Part shown: positions 13,229-26,788 of the stretch, one piece after another
How positions within the stretch are numbered: the stretch's first letter is position 1
Layout of the letters: the number at the start of each line of letters is the position of its first letter
Source of the DNA: Octopus sinensis
Lineage: Eukaryota
Direction: 5' to 3'
Length of the DNA: 64,000 nt
Assembly (NCBI RefSeq): GCF_006345805.1
Contig: NC_043006.1
Coordinates: 92,566,001-92,630,000, forward strand
The notes under the pieces: model-generated
What the model was told of the DNA's origin: nothing
The model's input: only the letters and a program-made list of their open reading frames with translations
The model's database searches: none
Program-made: the position numbers and the translations under genes

Positions 13229-15436
13229 TTATTATTATTTCGTTTATGCAAATCGATATTACTAACCCGTTCTTAGAGCTCAATCGACTTCTGATTTATA
13301 GTAAAACGATCTGACAGTACAGAGCCTTGATTAAATTAGTGAATGTCGAAAGAACAAAATTATGTAATCCCCTTTATTTGCTTACAGCTGTTTCTGCTAC
13401 AAGCGGTTGTCCACTCAAAGAAGAGTGCTTGTGTAACATCCTGTACCTTCCTCAGAGTCAAATGTATTCTATCACTCCAGTTCATTCTCTCTCTACTTCT
13501 TTCACGTCGTTTCAGATTCTTTTTCTAATTTGATTCTCCGCTATTTTCCCAAGTAGAGCCTTCTCCTCTTACACTTAATCTTATCCAAAGTGTACTTCTC
13601 TCTTCTTTTCTCTTATTCATCTACAAAATTACTTGTATATAACATGCTTACAATTAAATATTATTGGATCTCTCAAATACCTTTTGCTTTTCTTAATGCT
13701 TAATTTTTTTTTCATAAAGGGGCAAGCTGAAGCGTGAAGACCAGTTTCAATTCTTTTCACATGATGTATATTTTTTCTTTATATTCTGTGATATATTTAT
13801 GATTCAATTATCATCTTCAACGCGTGATTTGTTTGCTAAACTTTACATGTTGCTCTTTTTCCTTGTTTCTGCTTTACCTTTGAACCATCTTCGTCTACTA
13901 TAACTATTTATAAATTTACCGCTCTTTCCATTTTGCTATTTCTCTTTGGAAGACCTCGTTGCTAAGTACCACCGTATATGACCTCCGGCGTATAGAAATG
14001 CATTAGCTGCATTAGACTTGAATTTTGTTTCCTGTTTATTTACTGTTTAACTTGACTTGGATTGGAAAAGCCATTTGTCGTGAGAGGAGGCGCACAGGAC
14101 TTTGATTTAGAGCAGTGTAAGTTGTTGATATGCGCATGGAGACAAATAAACCAACTTTAAGTTACGATAATATTAATACTTCTCTACTGCAGAACCTCAC
14201 TATTGAAATAAATAACGTCGTATATTTATTATCAAAGTTTATTTACGTATATCTGAGTCTGTGCAACAAAACTTTGCATCAAAATGAGTGAGATGTATTT
14301 CGAATCTGTTTAAACTATATTGTAGTGCAAACCGGATTTAACTAAATGAAACAGAGACTAGCAAGCTATCCATTTTAATTATGTTCTTAATTTCGCTTCA
14401 TTAACTGAACTTCGTTGCACTGGTAATTACTTTCAGAAACAGCCTAGATATCATAAAATAACAAAGGCAGTGGATATTTAATGCTAATTTACTTATAATT
14501 AAGGAGCAAGAATATTAAATTATGAATAATGATGATTATAAAAAAAAGTAACAAGGACCGTAATTCTCGATTGACGACATATAAAATTACACGATTTTTC
14601 AAATCATACCAAATGATAAACGCAATTTAGTTGTGCAGCAGACTATTATTTTTACAATGTAACAGACTTGGATAATTATTTGTTGACTATCATTAGCTAT
14701 AAAGTGTTCTTAATCATGTTTGGAAATAAGTGTCACTTGTAATTTGTCTCAACAGGGTATCATTATATAGTTTATTGTCAAGTTACATATCATTACATTT
14801 CACAAATACGGAACACACATCACCAGGCAAATGAAATTCAGAAAGCACTTAAAACATAATGAAATAAAACAAATCCCCATAGAATACTTTGTAGACGAGA
14901 CTGATTATTGCTGAGTAACAGCGACATATTTATGTAATGTTAACGGATTCAATCTTTAGTAATTAGAGAATTATAATTCTACTAGTAACGACAACTCTAT
15001 TCTGGAATCGAATCAGGAAAGTAATATCTTATTATCGAATTATCGATTAAGTTCAATCATTTATGTAAATGATATTTCTCCATATGTGAGTAAAATATCA
15101 GAGGAAAGAATCTTCATTCTCCCCATTAAAACAAAGTTATTTGCAGTTCCTCGGCAAATTGAAATTTTAGCAATTATTCTTGACAATTATAGTCACCTCT
15201 GTTGGCATAGTTTTCGATAATGAAATATTTTAGTAGATATTGTAGCTATACTGTATATATATAACATAAATCTATATTCAAAGATAATTGAAGACAGATA
15301 ACTTTTCTTATGTAGCACAGAAAAATGAGCAACTTAAGATACTTACCAAAACTATTTGCTTTTAATTACAACACCGTTGAAAGCTATGAGCTTGCAGAAT
15401 CGTTAGCGCCTCGGACATAATACTTAATAATAATAA

Positions 15437-16145
15437 TAATAATAGTGCCAATTTTTGTTGGGTCCTTGGGAACAGTATCAGAAGTCATCAGGAGGAATAT
15501 AATTAGAATAGAGTGCTCTGTTACAAAATGTGTGCCTCCATGGCACGGTCAGAATAATCAGGAAAGTATTAGATAGCTGGAAACAAAAACGCATAGAACC
15601 TACTAAAGGCAGTTAATAAAGAACAGGTAATCAAGTGTGATATAGGAGAAAACGACAAGAATGAAATCCAAAGAGAGCATGTTAACCAGATTGAAGAGGA
15701 ACCTCTGCATGGTCAATTTTGGAGAGCCAAAATACTGGGCTTGGCTAAAAAAAAGGGCAATATAAAACCCCAGAGAAATCCCAAGTGAAGCGACCCAGAA
15801 TCAAACGATAAAAACAAACAACTTGAGAAGAAACGTATATGGGGAGATAGTGCCAGAAAAATGTAAAGCCTATAAAACTTGGAACGAGAAAATGGCAGAT
15901 ATTGTTGCAGGATGTCCCAAGTTTATATAGGAAGAGTATAAGAAATGGAATTATGACCAAGATGTAAAAGTTTTACACTGGGAGCTGTGCTAGAAATGGG
16001 GATTTGAAACTGGAGACACATGGTATGAATATTGGGGCGAACAAGTGCTGGATTCCTAGAATTGTAAGATTCTGTGGAACTTTCCTATCCAAATGGTCAA
16101 CAAGCTAGAAAATAATAGACCAGACATGACAATAATACCGCGACA
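15437..16145 (+). mobile_element. Rearranged Dong/R4-type LINE fragments
   Basis: After (AAT)n comes VPIFVGSLGTV (C-terminus). Then EEEPLHGQF, IVAGCP...EEYK, LHWELC, KILWNF...NNRPDMT (zinc-knuckle/REL region), with stops. Confidence 0.7.
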
Positions 16146-16999
16146 AGTTCCTATAATGATGCTAGTATTTTGGCTGATTTATTTATATCAATTGTGTGCT
16201 ATAACTCAGGCATGGTTTTCTTTAATCATTATATAAAGTCACACGATTTTTTTCTTTGTTTGTTTTTAATCTTCAATAATTACCCAATTCATCAAGATGA
16301 TTATCCAGCACTTTATACTGTATACTTTTAATATGTTGCACACGAATTCGGCATAGACACAGATTTGATTAGATTTTTGTATTTTTAGTAGTCTAGTTTC
16401 CAAAATTTGTTCACATTCCAGTCGTAAATTATCATCTGTTTAAATTAATTGAATGCTTTTACTACAGATTATTATCTTTTGTTCGGTATTTTCAGCAAAA
16501 ATTTGTGGAATCTTTCAATTCTGCGAATTTCCCAGTTGCTGACAGTCTGTAGCATGTTGAATACGTCGCTAATGGTGGTCATATGTTTGTCATGATGTTT
16601 TCATAAGTACACAACGAGCTCAGTGTGCTGCGTTGATTATGGTTTTATTCTACTTAGAACTCTCTATCTTATAATGCAAATTTACAGTTTCGTTATTCTC
16701 ATTGTATACGTTCATATTTGCTTTTTGTATTAACGCACTTTGGTTGATGTTAACGTTTCTTTCAGTATGTAGCTGCTTTTATTGCCGCCCAAATAAAATG
16801 ATTTCATATTTATTTCAAATCCTATTCACTTGACAGAAGCGTCAACGTTTTTGCGTCAAACACGACAAAAGCTTCTTAATAAGATTTCTTTAAGTATACT
16901 TTAATTCTAAAACATATTTTAAAAAAATTTGCTTCTGTGCATCTTTACATTTTCAAATCATCTCCTCTCCCATTAATTCTGTTAAAACGTGCCTTTCCA

Positions 17000-17900
17000 T
17001 TCAACTTTCATATATTCTCACCCTGAATAGTTTTCATTTGAGAAGTGATTTACCGTCTCAAAGTCAAGAAAACTAGATAACACCTGGGCTACAGAAATCA
17101 TTCACCCATTTACTAAGTTGATATTAAGATAGTTTTTGTCTTTGTAGGACTGCATAATCATTTACTTAGTCTTGGAGATATTTATTTCTTAGCAAATCCA
17201 GCAACGATTTCTTTTGATCTTTATTCATAGATTGTGTTATGATCTCTGTATCTCTGTTGATTGTTGTTTCAGGTAAATATGTTAACATTTGTGATTTTAC
17301 AGTTTACTCTTAAGTATGGAATGGGGCCATATTTTAATTATGACTGGATAAATGATTCATTCTACTCGATTCATTATTTTTGGGATTGTTTTCCATTGAC
17401 TTTCCTTTTGCTTTGCTATAATTCCATGTTCTTTCTCTGTGTGTTAGGTTACATCGTTCCTCTTCTGGAAACATGTTTTTTTGCTCTATGGATTCTACTG
17501 TGCTGCTTTCATTGTATTTTTAGATTAAATTTCATGTGAGTGGTCGGTTGTTCTGTTTAATTTCAGTCGGTGTGTGTGCATGAGTAATTCTTTTTCTATT
17601 CCTTCGATCCTTTTTATTATTGTTTATAACGAATGTGTGTATTTCGGTTGTGTACACTCTTTTACTTACATCAGCGGTTCGTGTTTTTTCATAATGCTCC
17701 CAAGTCTCTTTTACCGCGCTGTTGTGAGTTAGATAACATTATGGATGTATATGCGCGTAAAAACCGAAGGTGTTTTTTCTTTGATCCAATATTTCTGCCT
17801 ATTCTTGTTTAGATTTTAATCGACCCTTGCTATACGACAAGGAAGTTTCTGTTGGAAGTTAACCCTGTGGGATGCCACTAATACGAACGCACATATTACA
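17000..17900 (-). mobile_element. Possible highly degenerate Penelope-like RT fragment
   Basis: Only scattered motifs (GIPQG near 17870 and RT-thumb-like residues); many stops. Confidence 0.25.
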
Positions 17901-18689
17901 TTGGCGTCGTAACATGCGGACATTAAACTCGCTCTCCGACATGCATCATTAATCTTATGCCAGCAAGTGTTGCTTTTATTATTCTTTGAAATATAAATAG
18001 ATATTATTTATTTGATATGAAATTGCATGAGTTGATTTTGTATTGTTTCTGCCATGCTGACTCTATTTTAGTTCTTTTCAAAAGTTTCTATGTTGTTGAA
18101 ATAAAATATTTTGTGCGATATTTTGTGCAATAATTACTTGCAATCCTAACAGCAACACTATCTTTGCAGTTTGTTTGTTTACTTCTTGGAAGTTTTGAAT
18201 ATAAATTGTTTCAATACATATCAAATATTTTTAAAGTTTGAGTTGGACATTTTATGTTCAAATTCCAAATCTAAATGGATAACTTTTCTCTTTCATTATA
18301 TAAAATTGTTTTGATGCTCACAGTTCTCAAGCATTAAATGAAAGAAAGGCAACTACAGAATAACTACGTGGTCATTTGAAGGTCAAAAATCTCGAAGAAT
18401 CTCAAACGACTCTCAACATTATGTTATATATATTTTTCCCCTTACTGAGGCTATGCTGGGCTACAGCTTTGAATGTTTCATTGGACAGATCATCATACAA
18501 CCATTATATCTACACTTCCACAATTTTGACTGATATTTTTCATTTTCGTTGCACCCAAACATTGGACACTCAGTAAGATTTCTCTTACAGTGGGGTATAA
18601 GGTGTTTTCCGGTCGATTTCTTAGATACGATGGGGTTGTAAGTAAGATTGTTATGATTTGGTAGAATTAAAAAAAGTTAATTCTACGGT

Positions 18690-18770
18690 CTCTTTTGTCG
18701 AACTTCTAAGTTATAGGGACGTAAAGTCACCAACATCGGTTGCGAAGCGATGGCGGGGAGACAAACAATG
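18690..18770 (-). mobile_element. SINE 3' half (family of 35346-35730)
   Basis: Degenerate reverse-complement match to ATCGCTTGA...GTTGGTGTGTTTACGTCCCCGTAACTTAGCGGTTCGGCAAAAG. Confidence 0.5.
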
Positions 18771-18807
18771 AAACAAAGACACACGCATAAATGTATACAT
18801 GTACATA

Positions 18808-18874
<67 letters not shown>

Positions 18875-18880
18875 ATATAT

Positions 18881-19894
18881 ATTTTCTTCTTATTTTGTTA
18901 GTGGTTAAATAGTTCGTCTGACAGATTCAGGGTGGAACAGCTGCGGTGATGATGTCTCGTACTGCATATGTGAATATACTTTGCATTTGTGCATGTGTAT
19001 GAATATGATCGAGTGTACGTGTGTACGTGCAGTCAAGAATGTGAACGCGCGTATATGCGTGTCGGAAAGTATTGATGTATGTATAATTGTATGTGCTCGA
19101 ATATATGTCTGAGAGTTGCCTTAATCAAATCCTTTCTTTCTGTTTCTTTATAGTTCATGTCAATGCATATAGTTGCATTGAGTTGCTTGCACATGTACGC
19201 GTCTTTTTTTTTTCCTTTATAACTCAATAATTTTATAGCTGAACTGGTGAATATTGTGCATGTTGTATATTAATTGGTGTGTATAAGTTTATACATATAT
19301 ACATATACGTGTGTGTATACAGCTTGCTTCCCAATCACATGCTTCAGGGTTCAGTCCCACTGCGTGGCCCCTTGGGCATGTGTTTTCTACTTGAGCCTCG
19401 GGTCGACAAAAGTTTTGTGAGTGGATTTGGCAGACGTGATTGGGAAGCAAGCTGTATACACAGACGTATATGTATATATGTATAAACTTATACACACCAA
19501 TTAATATACAACATGCACAATATTCACCGGTTCAGCTATAAAATTATTGAGTTATAAAGGAAAAAAAGAAAGACGCGTACATGTGCAAGCGACTCAATGC
19601 AACTATATGCATAGACATGAACTATAAAGAAACAGAAAGAAAGGGTTTGATTAAGGCAACTCTCAGACATATATTCGAGCACATACAATTATACATACAT
19701 CAATACTTTCCGACACGCATATACGCGTGTTCACATTCTTAACTGCACGTACACACGTACACTCGATCATTTTCATACACATGCACAAATGCAAAGTATA
19801 TTCACATATGCAGTACGAGACATCATCACCGCAGCTGTTCCACCCTGAATCTGTCAGACGAACTATTTAACCACTAACAAAATAAGAAGAAAAT
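18881..19894. repeat. 1014-bp inverted repeat (arms 18881-19338 and 19436-19894, 97-bp spacer)
   Basis: Arms are reverse complements from ATTTTCTTCTTATTTTGTTAGTGG to GCTTCCCAATCAC, with roughly ten differences counted by eye. Confidence 0.95.
19320..19435 (+). mobile_element. SINE 5' fragment forming the palindrome centre
   Basis: GCTTGCTTCCCAATCACATG...GGTTCAGTCCCACTGCGTGG...GAGTGGATTTGGCAGAC matches the SINE at about 35370-35490. Confidence 0.8.
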
Positions 19895-20486
19895 GTTTAT
19901 GGTAATTTAAATGAAATTCAGTCAAGAGAAATGACTCAAGGTTGCTTGGGAGATGAATACAGGAAAGGCGAATAAAACTTTATCATATAAATATAACATA
20001 AATAGACACGTCACCATATTAGAACTTCAGTTTGTATTTATACGCATCATTGCTTAGAACTGTCAACCCGTATTTTATTTACGATGAACTGTTGAATAGC
20101 ACACCCAGTCATTGAACCATGACTCGTGTCAGTTAGCAACGTCCCTCTTTCGGGTGTCTGTAGCTGGAGAAGAGATAACCACTCAGAAATGCATGCATCC
20201 CACTGTCTGGTTACGGAGAGCTGTGAATTCTCGCTGTTTCCCTATAGCGAGAATTTTTTTCAATGACAAAATACAGTGAATGGCTTTCTTTCGGATTCGA
20301 ATATATATTTCAACTAGTCACATGTTTGCATTCACACACATCACGGCTTAACGCTGTCCTCCTCTATATTGTAAGTATAAATCTCTAGTGTTCGATCGTT
20401 GCTTCTCAAAACTTACTGGAAACAAGAAGAAAGCTGTTGATACGTGCATTCTTATGTCAAATGATGCAATTGTAATTTTGATGTAA

Positions 20487-20675
20487 AGTGGTGCTTCTCA
20501 ACCGCGCTCCATATGACCGCTTTGGGACAATACACAAAATATGATAACAATAATTCTAATACAATTTTTTAATTTTATTTATTTATAAACATCGAATGGC
20601 TACAAGTGGGTCCACCCTAGTATAATGGGAATCAAAGGGGTCCATAGGTGAAAAAAAAATGGTTGAGAACCACTG
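20487..20675. mobile_element. hAT-like MITE
   Basis: Imperfect TIRs AGTGGTGCTTCTCAACC ... GGTTGAGAACCACTG. The target-site duplication is only weakly recognisable. Confidence 0.6.
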
Positions 20676-22153
20676 ACGTAAAAGGTGGAATGGTAGATCC
20701 TATCACGTGATAGTAAGAAACCTTGTAGTTTTTAATTTTAATCCTTTTCATTTCAAAAAGTGCTGCTGTATATTAATTCCGATTCTTCAGAGACAAAACT
20801 AATAAGTACCAAGTTCGTAGGGTCGATGTTTTCTACTGGAAGAGACCACTCAAAATAACATGTCTGTAGAACTGAATATGGCATCGGCTTGAATGCCATT
20901 AGCAAATGGTCGCGTTTCAGAAGGAAGCGCATCAATCCTCCATCTTGAGACCCCAAATAATGGTTCATTCCACTTGAATAGATTTCTGTAACGTCTTTTA
21001 AGTGTCTTGTTTTGCCATGATATCTTCCACTTTTGTTGAATATGATAAAAGCGAGGATACTTCTAGACACCGTATATGGAATGAACATATTCTTCATTCA
21101 CCAATCCATAAGGAACTTGCTATTTCGGTGGAAGACCTCCATATCGATACAGATTACGGAAAATATAATTTTTACAAATTTTGGAAAGCATCATTCCCTG
21201 GATTGTATTAAATGAGCAACTATTGATATCATAAAAATGGAAAGTTTATAAATATTTATGATTGTACGAAGTGAGAGTTTGTATTGCGAAGATAAAGTCT
21301 GTTATTCATAATGAATAATTCTATTAAAATAGACTCTGCCTCTTGAAATAGACAAACCAAATGGTTCCTACAAGTAGAAAGGAAGCAGATAATTTCCTGT
21401 TGAAAGGAAATATAAATTAAATAATTTGCTATTTATAGTTATTCTTATTGGTTGTAACCTATCAATTTCTATGAGTTAGCAATCATGAAAAAAGGGACAA
21501 ATATTATTGTGGGTCCATTAGTACTTAATCTCACAATTTTAGTGTGTTATAAACCCTTAATTATAACACTATCAACTTTTCACTCCTGCACAGAAATATG
21601 TATAAAATAATTACATAGGCCAGTCTCTCCCCTCTCCCACTTACTCTCTGTCTCTCTGTCAGTCTCTCTCACTCTCCCCTTATCAGTCTTTATCTCACTC
21701 TCTCTCTCTCTCTCTCTCTCTCATACACACGCATGAAAAAATCAACATCATCCTTGTTGGGTCGATTTAATCTACTGTAAGACACCCTTCAAAATAACAT
21801 GCTTGTAGAACCGAATAGGGAATCTTTTTATTTCATATAATTGTTTTTTTTTCTCCCTTCACTAAACATGCGCCGGTCTGTTAGATGTATCGGGGTATAG
21901 GAGATATCAGATATGCATGAATCATAGATTTCATCTGAATACATACACATACATATATGTATGTATGTCATTATTCAGTTTATTTCAAGATTTCTTGCCA
22001 ATAGAGAAAGGACCGGTTTCTAACCTAGATCCAAGGGACAGTCATTGGAATTTCAACATCAACAACAGGGTAGCTTTTTATGTATGTATGTATTTATGTA
22101 TGTATGCATGGATGGATGGATGTCTGGATGGATGGATGGATGTATGTATGTTG

Positions 22154-22537
22154 TGGAGATGCAATGGCCCAGTGGTTACAGCAGCAGAGCTTCGGTTGTA
22201 GGATCACGGTTTCGATTCCCAGACCGGGCGTTGTGAGTGTTTATTGAGCGAAAACACCTAAAGCTCCACGAGGCTCCGGCAGGGGGTGGTGGTGAACTCT
22301 GCTGTACTCTTTCACCACAACTTTCTCTCACCCTTGCTTCCTGTTTCTGTTGTATCTGTATTTTAAAGTACCAGCCTAGTCACACTCTCTGTCACACTGA
22401 ATCTCCCTGAGAACTACGTTGATGGTGTACGTGTCTGTGGGGTGCTCAGCCACTTGCACGTTAATTTCACGAGCAGGCTGTTCGTTAATCAGATCAACTG
22501 TAATCTTCGTCGTCGTAACCGACGGAGTGCCAACAAC
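22154..22537 (+). mobile_element. tRNA-headed SINE
   Basis: A-box TGGCCCAGTGGTTA and B-box GGTTTCGATTCCC. The 3' tail GTCGTAACCGACGGAGTGCCAACAA is shared with 47021-47340. Confidence 0.75.
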
Positions 22538-22589
22538 GTATAGAAACAATCGGACATGCAAATAATCGGACTGAATACCCGATCGCACG

Positions 22590-22740
22590 GTTAAACCATT
22601 GGGTGAAGGGCTCCCAGCCTTTGTTAGGGCATCCTTCTAGGAGAAGGTAACTCAGGTAACTGGGATAACTCCGACATAAAACCTGCGGTTCAGTGGTTAC
22701 CGATGATGTTGACTTGTTCTTCTTTTCGGATTATGGCTGC
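22590..22740 (+). mobile_element. Possible LINE (RTE-like) UTR fragment
   Basis: GGGCATCCTTCTAGGAGAAGGTAACTC resembles RTE 5' UTR motifs, from recollection only. Confidence 0.25.
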
Positions 22741-25009
22741 TGTTGCTTAGTGAGTGGGATTGACTCAGTGCACAGCCTTTCCTCACTTTAAAAAAAACTT
22801 CTTTCACAGGCATTGCACGATAACAACATTGATTAAGCTTCGTGCAATGGCCATACTCGATAACGAGGGGGCAGCCACAATGTATGTATGTAAGTATGTA
22901 TGTATGTATGTATGTATGTATGTATGTATGTATGTATGTATGTATGCATGTATGTATGCATGCATGTATGTATATATTTATGTATGTGTGTGCGTGCGCG
23001 CGTGTGTGTGTGCAAAGTATAAACATTAATTTGCTGTTATTAGTAATGGTATTTTATTAATATTCCAATCTGTACAAATATTCATGAGTAACTCAGTTTT
23101 ATGCACGTAAAGATATTATATTTTGCTCCCCAAATAAACGACATCTTCAACTTTGCTTGTCACTCAATGACTTCGTTTGTCTCATTTCAAATGAATAGAC
23201 GGGAGTAAATTATTGTACTCTTGCCGGATAAAGTGCAATAATTGGATACGAAATTGAATTTATATTTTATATATTGCCAAATCCGCTTTAGTTGTTTCTT
23301 TATATTCACTTCGCTTCATTCTATAATGTTCTTAATTCATCGTCTGTGTAGTTTGTTTATTTATAAGTTATATTCCGTGGATTATACGAACCTAATCTGA
23401 CGATGTTCTAAGTTAAGACATAACATTCTTAAGTATTTAAGTATTAGCAATACGTGTGTCTCTTCCTGACAATTTTCCACGAATAGCTTCAGTTCTACTA
23501 CGTGACCGTTACACACTGTATTACATTTTCCTTTCGAAGATTGAATTTAATTCTCGGTGTAGGAGCCAATATATATGACCGGTTTGTTGTATGATATATC
23601 AATAAGTACCATTATCAAATTATCAATCATGTTATTAATCTTGAAATATTGCTGATATTTATGTTTACCTCTAATCCGGTTTGCGGCAGTAGGGAAACAT
23701 CAGATCAGATTATGACAGAACGGAAATAACTTTAAATATTTGGAAAATTCTCAATAAAATTAAGATTGTTTTTGTAAATTGGAAGAACTTTTAGTAATAC
23801 AGTATTTTATGTTATACAGCATAGTGTTTCTGTCAGTAATTATTGAAAGGTAACATCTACGTATAAGATTTACGGCTTCATAAACTTTCTTAGTGTTTCA
23901 CGGGAACGTTTTAGTATAATATAAAATATATTTATACAGTACTGTTTTACTATTAGTCTGTGTAGTGGTGTAGTATCTATTATGTTGCAGCTTTGTAAAA
24001 TTTCGTAGCATTTTTACAGGAAAACATTTCTGATAAAATCTGTACACTGTATAATATTGCTATCGTTAGGTACAGAAAGGCAACAAAGAGAAACGCATTT
24101 TCATAAACTGTCGCAGCATTTCACACGAAAGTGCTGTGCAGCGTTCAACACAGTTATACATCATAGTGGCACAAAAGAAATACTTTGAAGTGTTACATAT
24201 TCTAATAGCTTGAAATAGTTTCTTACTGTTTATTCGGAAATGTTATTTTTTCAGAATGTATCTTGTAGTAGCAGCCGGAGACTCGGGCTTTACATGTGAA
24301 AAATCATATCATTTGTCTACTTTGATGGACACAAATCTCTGACTTATTTAAGAAATATCAAACAAATCTCTAAATTACATTGAAGGCAGGAACTCAATAA
24401 AGTTTCGAGCTGAAGCCTGAATTTGCAATGAAAAATCGTTTTTCGATGTGCAAAACCAATTTCTGTTTTCATGAATTTGTAAATTGCTTTACATTTTTTA
24501 AAACTCCCGCAAAGTTATTAATCAAAATGTAAATGAGATGCATTCAGATTATGTTCAAGCAAAATATCTCCGAGGCACACATCTTTAAATTATAAGAAAG
24601 GCAAGTGTGACAATATCTAGTTTCATATGTAATTGTATATCTCTGCTCATTGCATCATCAAAACAAGCTATCGGAATTGAATATGTTTTTATTCTATGTA
24701 GAAGACACGGTAGGGGTAGTGACAAGAAAATGAAATTCTATATTTTATATTAAGCAAAATTGTTAATTACAGAAACTGCTAAACTGTTGTATACAATTAA
24801 AATCAATGATGTTTAGCAGAGTACTTTGCCTTCTATACAGATTTTTATTATTAATGTTATGAAACACTGCAACAAAAGTCTGAAACGAAAACATGTTTTT
24901 CTACCGATGCAGTTTTAATGCATTACAAGTAAATTTGATATCCATTCTTGATTTTTTCATCAGTTTGCTATCCCCTTTCTATGAATAAGTATCTGTTTTC
25001 TATCTTTTA

Positions 25010-25167
25010 CATCTTTCAGTCATTAAACAGCGGCCTAGCTGGGGCCTTGCTTTGGAAAGTTTTCGTCCAACAAATCCACTTATTGCTTTGAAGCCGAGAA
25101 GTTATTCTATACTATTCTTTTGAGAAACCGCTAAAATATGGTAATTTAAACACACCAACACTGGTGC
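25010..25167 (-). mobile_element. SINE 3' half (family of 35346-35730)
   Basis: Degenerate reverse-complement match to the TGCTCCAGCATGGCCGCAGTCAAATGACTGAAA tail and ACTGGTGTGTTTA body. Confidence 0.5.
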
Positions 25168-25344
25168 ATATACATGCATACGTACATACATAGATACATT
25201 TATATATTTATATATGTATGTATACGTATGTATATGTAAATATATCTATCTATCTATGTGCCTATCTATCTCTCTATCTATCTAACTGTCTATCTGTCTG
25301 TCTATCTATCTGACTGTCTGTTTGTCTATCTATCTATCTATCTG

Positions 25345-25432
<88 letters not shown>

Positions 25433-25454
25433 CTTATATATATATATATATATA

Positions 25455-26498
25455 TTGGTTTGTGTCTATGTTTTCGTTTCTCTATGTGTTCGACGTCCCT
25501 TTGGTGTCCTGTACTCATATATGCGTGTATATGTACATGTAGAAGTAGGTACGTACATATATGTTTATATATATGCATATGTTTTATTTCTTTTATTATT
25601 ATATTATACGACTAAACGCACGCACCCTCTCAAGTAAGATTGTTCTGTATATAAAGTTTCGCCTTAATATTAACTCTCCCGCGCACTCTGCTCTTTCTTT
25701 CTTTCTTTCTATCCCATCCCCTTTTCGTCTTTTTTCCCTCACTTAACTTGTCTCTTCCTCTCTCTCTCATTCTTCATACTCTCTCTCCCCCTCACCATTC
25801 TTCATGGTCTCCTCGCACCATTCCCCTTCTTCTCTCCCTTCCTCTTGGTCCTCCTCCCCCATTCCCGTCGTCCATCTGCGACGATACTTCCGCCGTAACT
25901 GCTAACGGTCTTTCTCGCCCGCCTTTTAAGGCTACTGGACGACTTTTCCTGTTCTCTCGTCGTTCACAAAAAATTCAGCGTTTGCAATACTTTTTTCGTT
26001 CGGCGTCAACAGCCCTTCTTATCTTGTTCTCCCTGTCCTGTCTTTTACTGTTATATATATATTTTTTTACTGTTTATATATATATTTTCTTTACTGTTTA
26101 TATTTTTGTACTGTCGTTACTGTCTCGTTTTTTTACCATATTTTTTACCATTTTTTACCCCTCTGCGAAAAGATCTCAGAATTTTAATTGATTTGCTTTT
26201 CGCAGGAAGGAAAGTTTCTTGTCGAAGATACGTCTCGCTTTTATCCTTCGAAACGTAGAGTAGATGAAACCTTAGCGACTGAAGAAGGGGTTTTTTCGTT
26301 GTGTTAACTGTCCTGTACTCCATTTTTTGTTGTTTTTAAAGAAATGTCCTGTTCCTTTGGTCTGTGTCTATGTTTTCGTTTCTCTATGTGTTCGACGTCC
26401 CTTTGGTGTCCTGTACTCATATATGCGTGTATATGTACATGTAGAGGTAGGTACGTACATATATGTTTATATATATGCATATGTTTTATTTCTTTTAT

Positions 26499-26506
<8 letters not shown>
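25455..26506 (+). mobile_element. Terminally redundant non-coding element (150-bp direct repeats, 902-bp period) between (TA)n arrays
   Basis: 25455-25604 and 26357-26506 are identical except at 2 positions. The interior is pyrimidine-rich. The architecture resembles Penelope pseudo-LTR derivatives (inference). Confidence 0.6.
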
Positions 26507-26537
<31 letters not shown>

Positions 26538-26597
26538 TGATGGACTTCAGTTTCCATTTCCATTTACTAAATCCACTCACATATCTGTGATCAGCCC

Positions 26598-26695
26598 GAA
26601 GCTATAGTAGTAGAAGAAGACACTCGTCTAAGGTGCCACACAGTGAGTCTGAACCCGAAACCATGTGACTGGTAGCCGATCTTCTAATCACACAC
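26598..26695 (-). mobile_element. SINE 5' part (family of 35346-35730)
   Basis: Degenerate reverse-complement match to CACATGGTTCCGGGTTCACTCCCACTGCGTGGCACCTTGGGCAAGTGTCTTCT. Confidence 0.6.
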
Positions 26696-26731
26696 ACACA
26701 CACACACACACATATGTAATAGAGAGAGACC

Positions 26732-26788
<57 letters not shown>

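Noticed and set aside
20890-21211. Short ORFs on both strands with balanced composition
   Set aside because: No recognisable motif or consistent splice signals. The minus ORF runs into a SINE tail at 20810-20885.
26225-26295. CGAAACGTA followed by CTGAAGA as a possible type II hammerhead
   Set aside because: Helix I cannot form, and the only helix II pairing (GAAGG/CCTTC) consumes core G8/A9.
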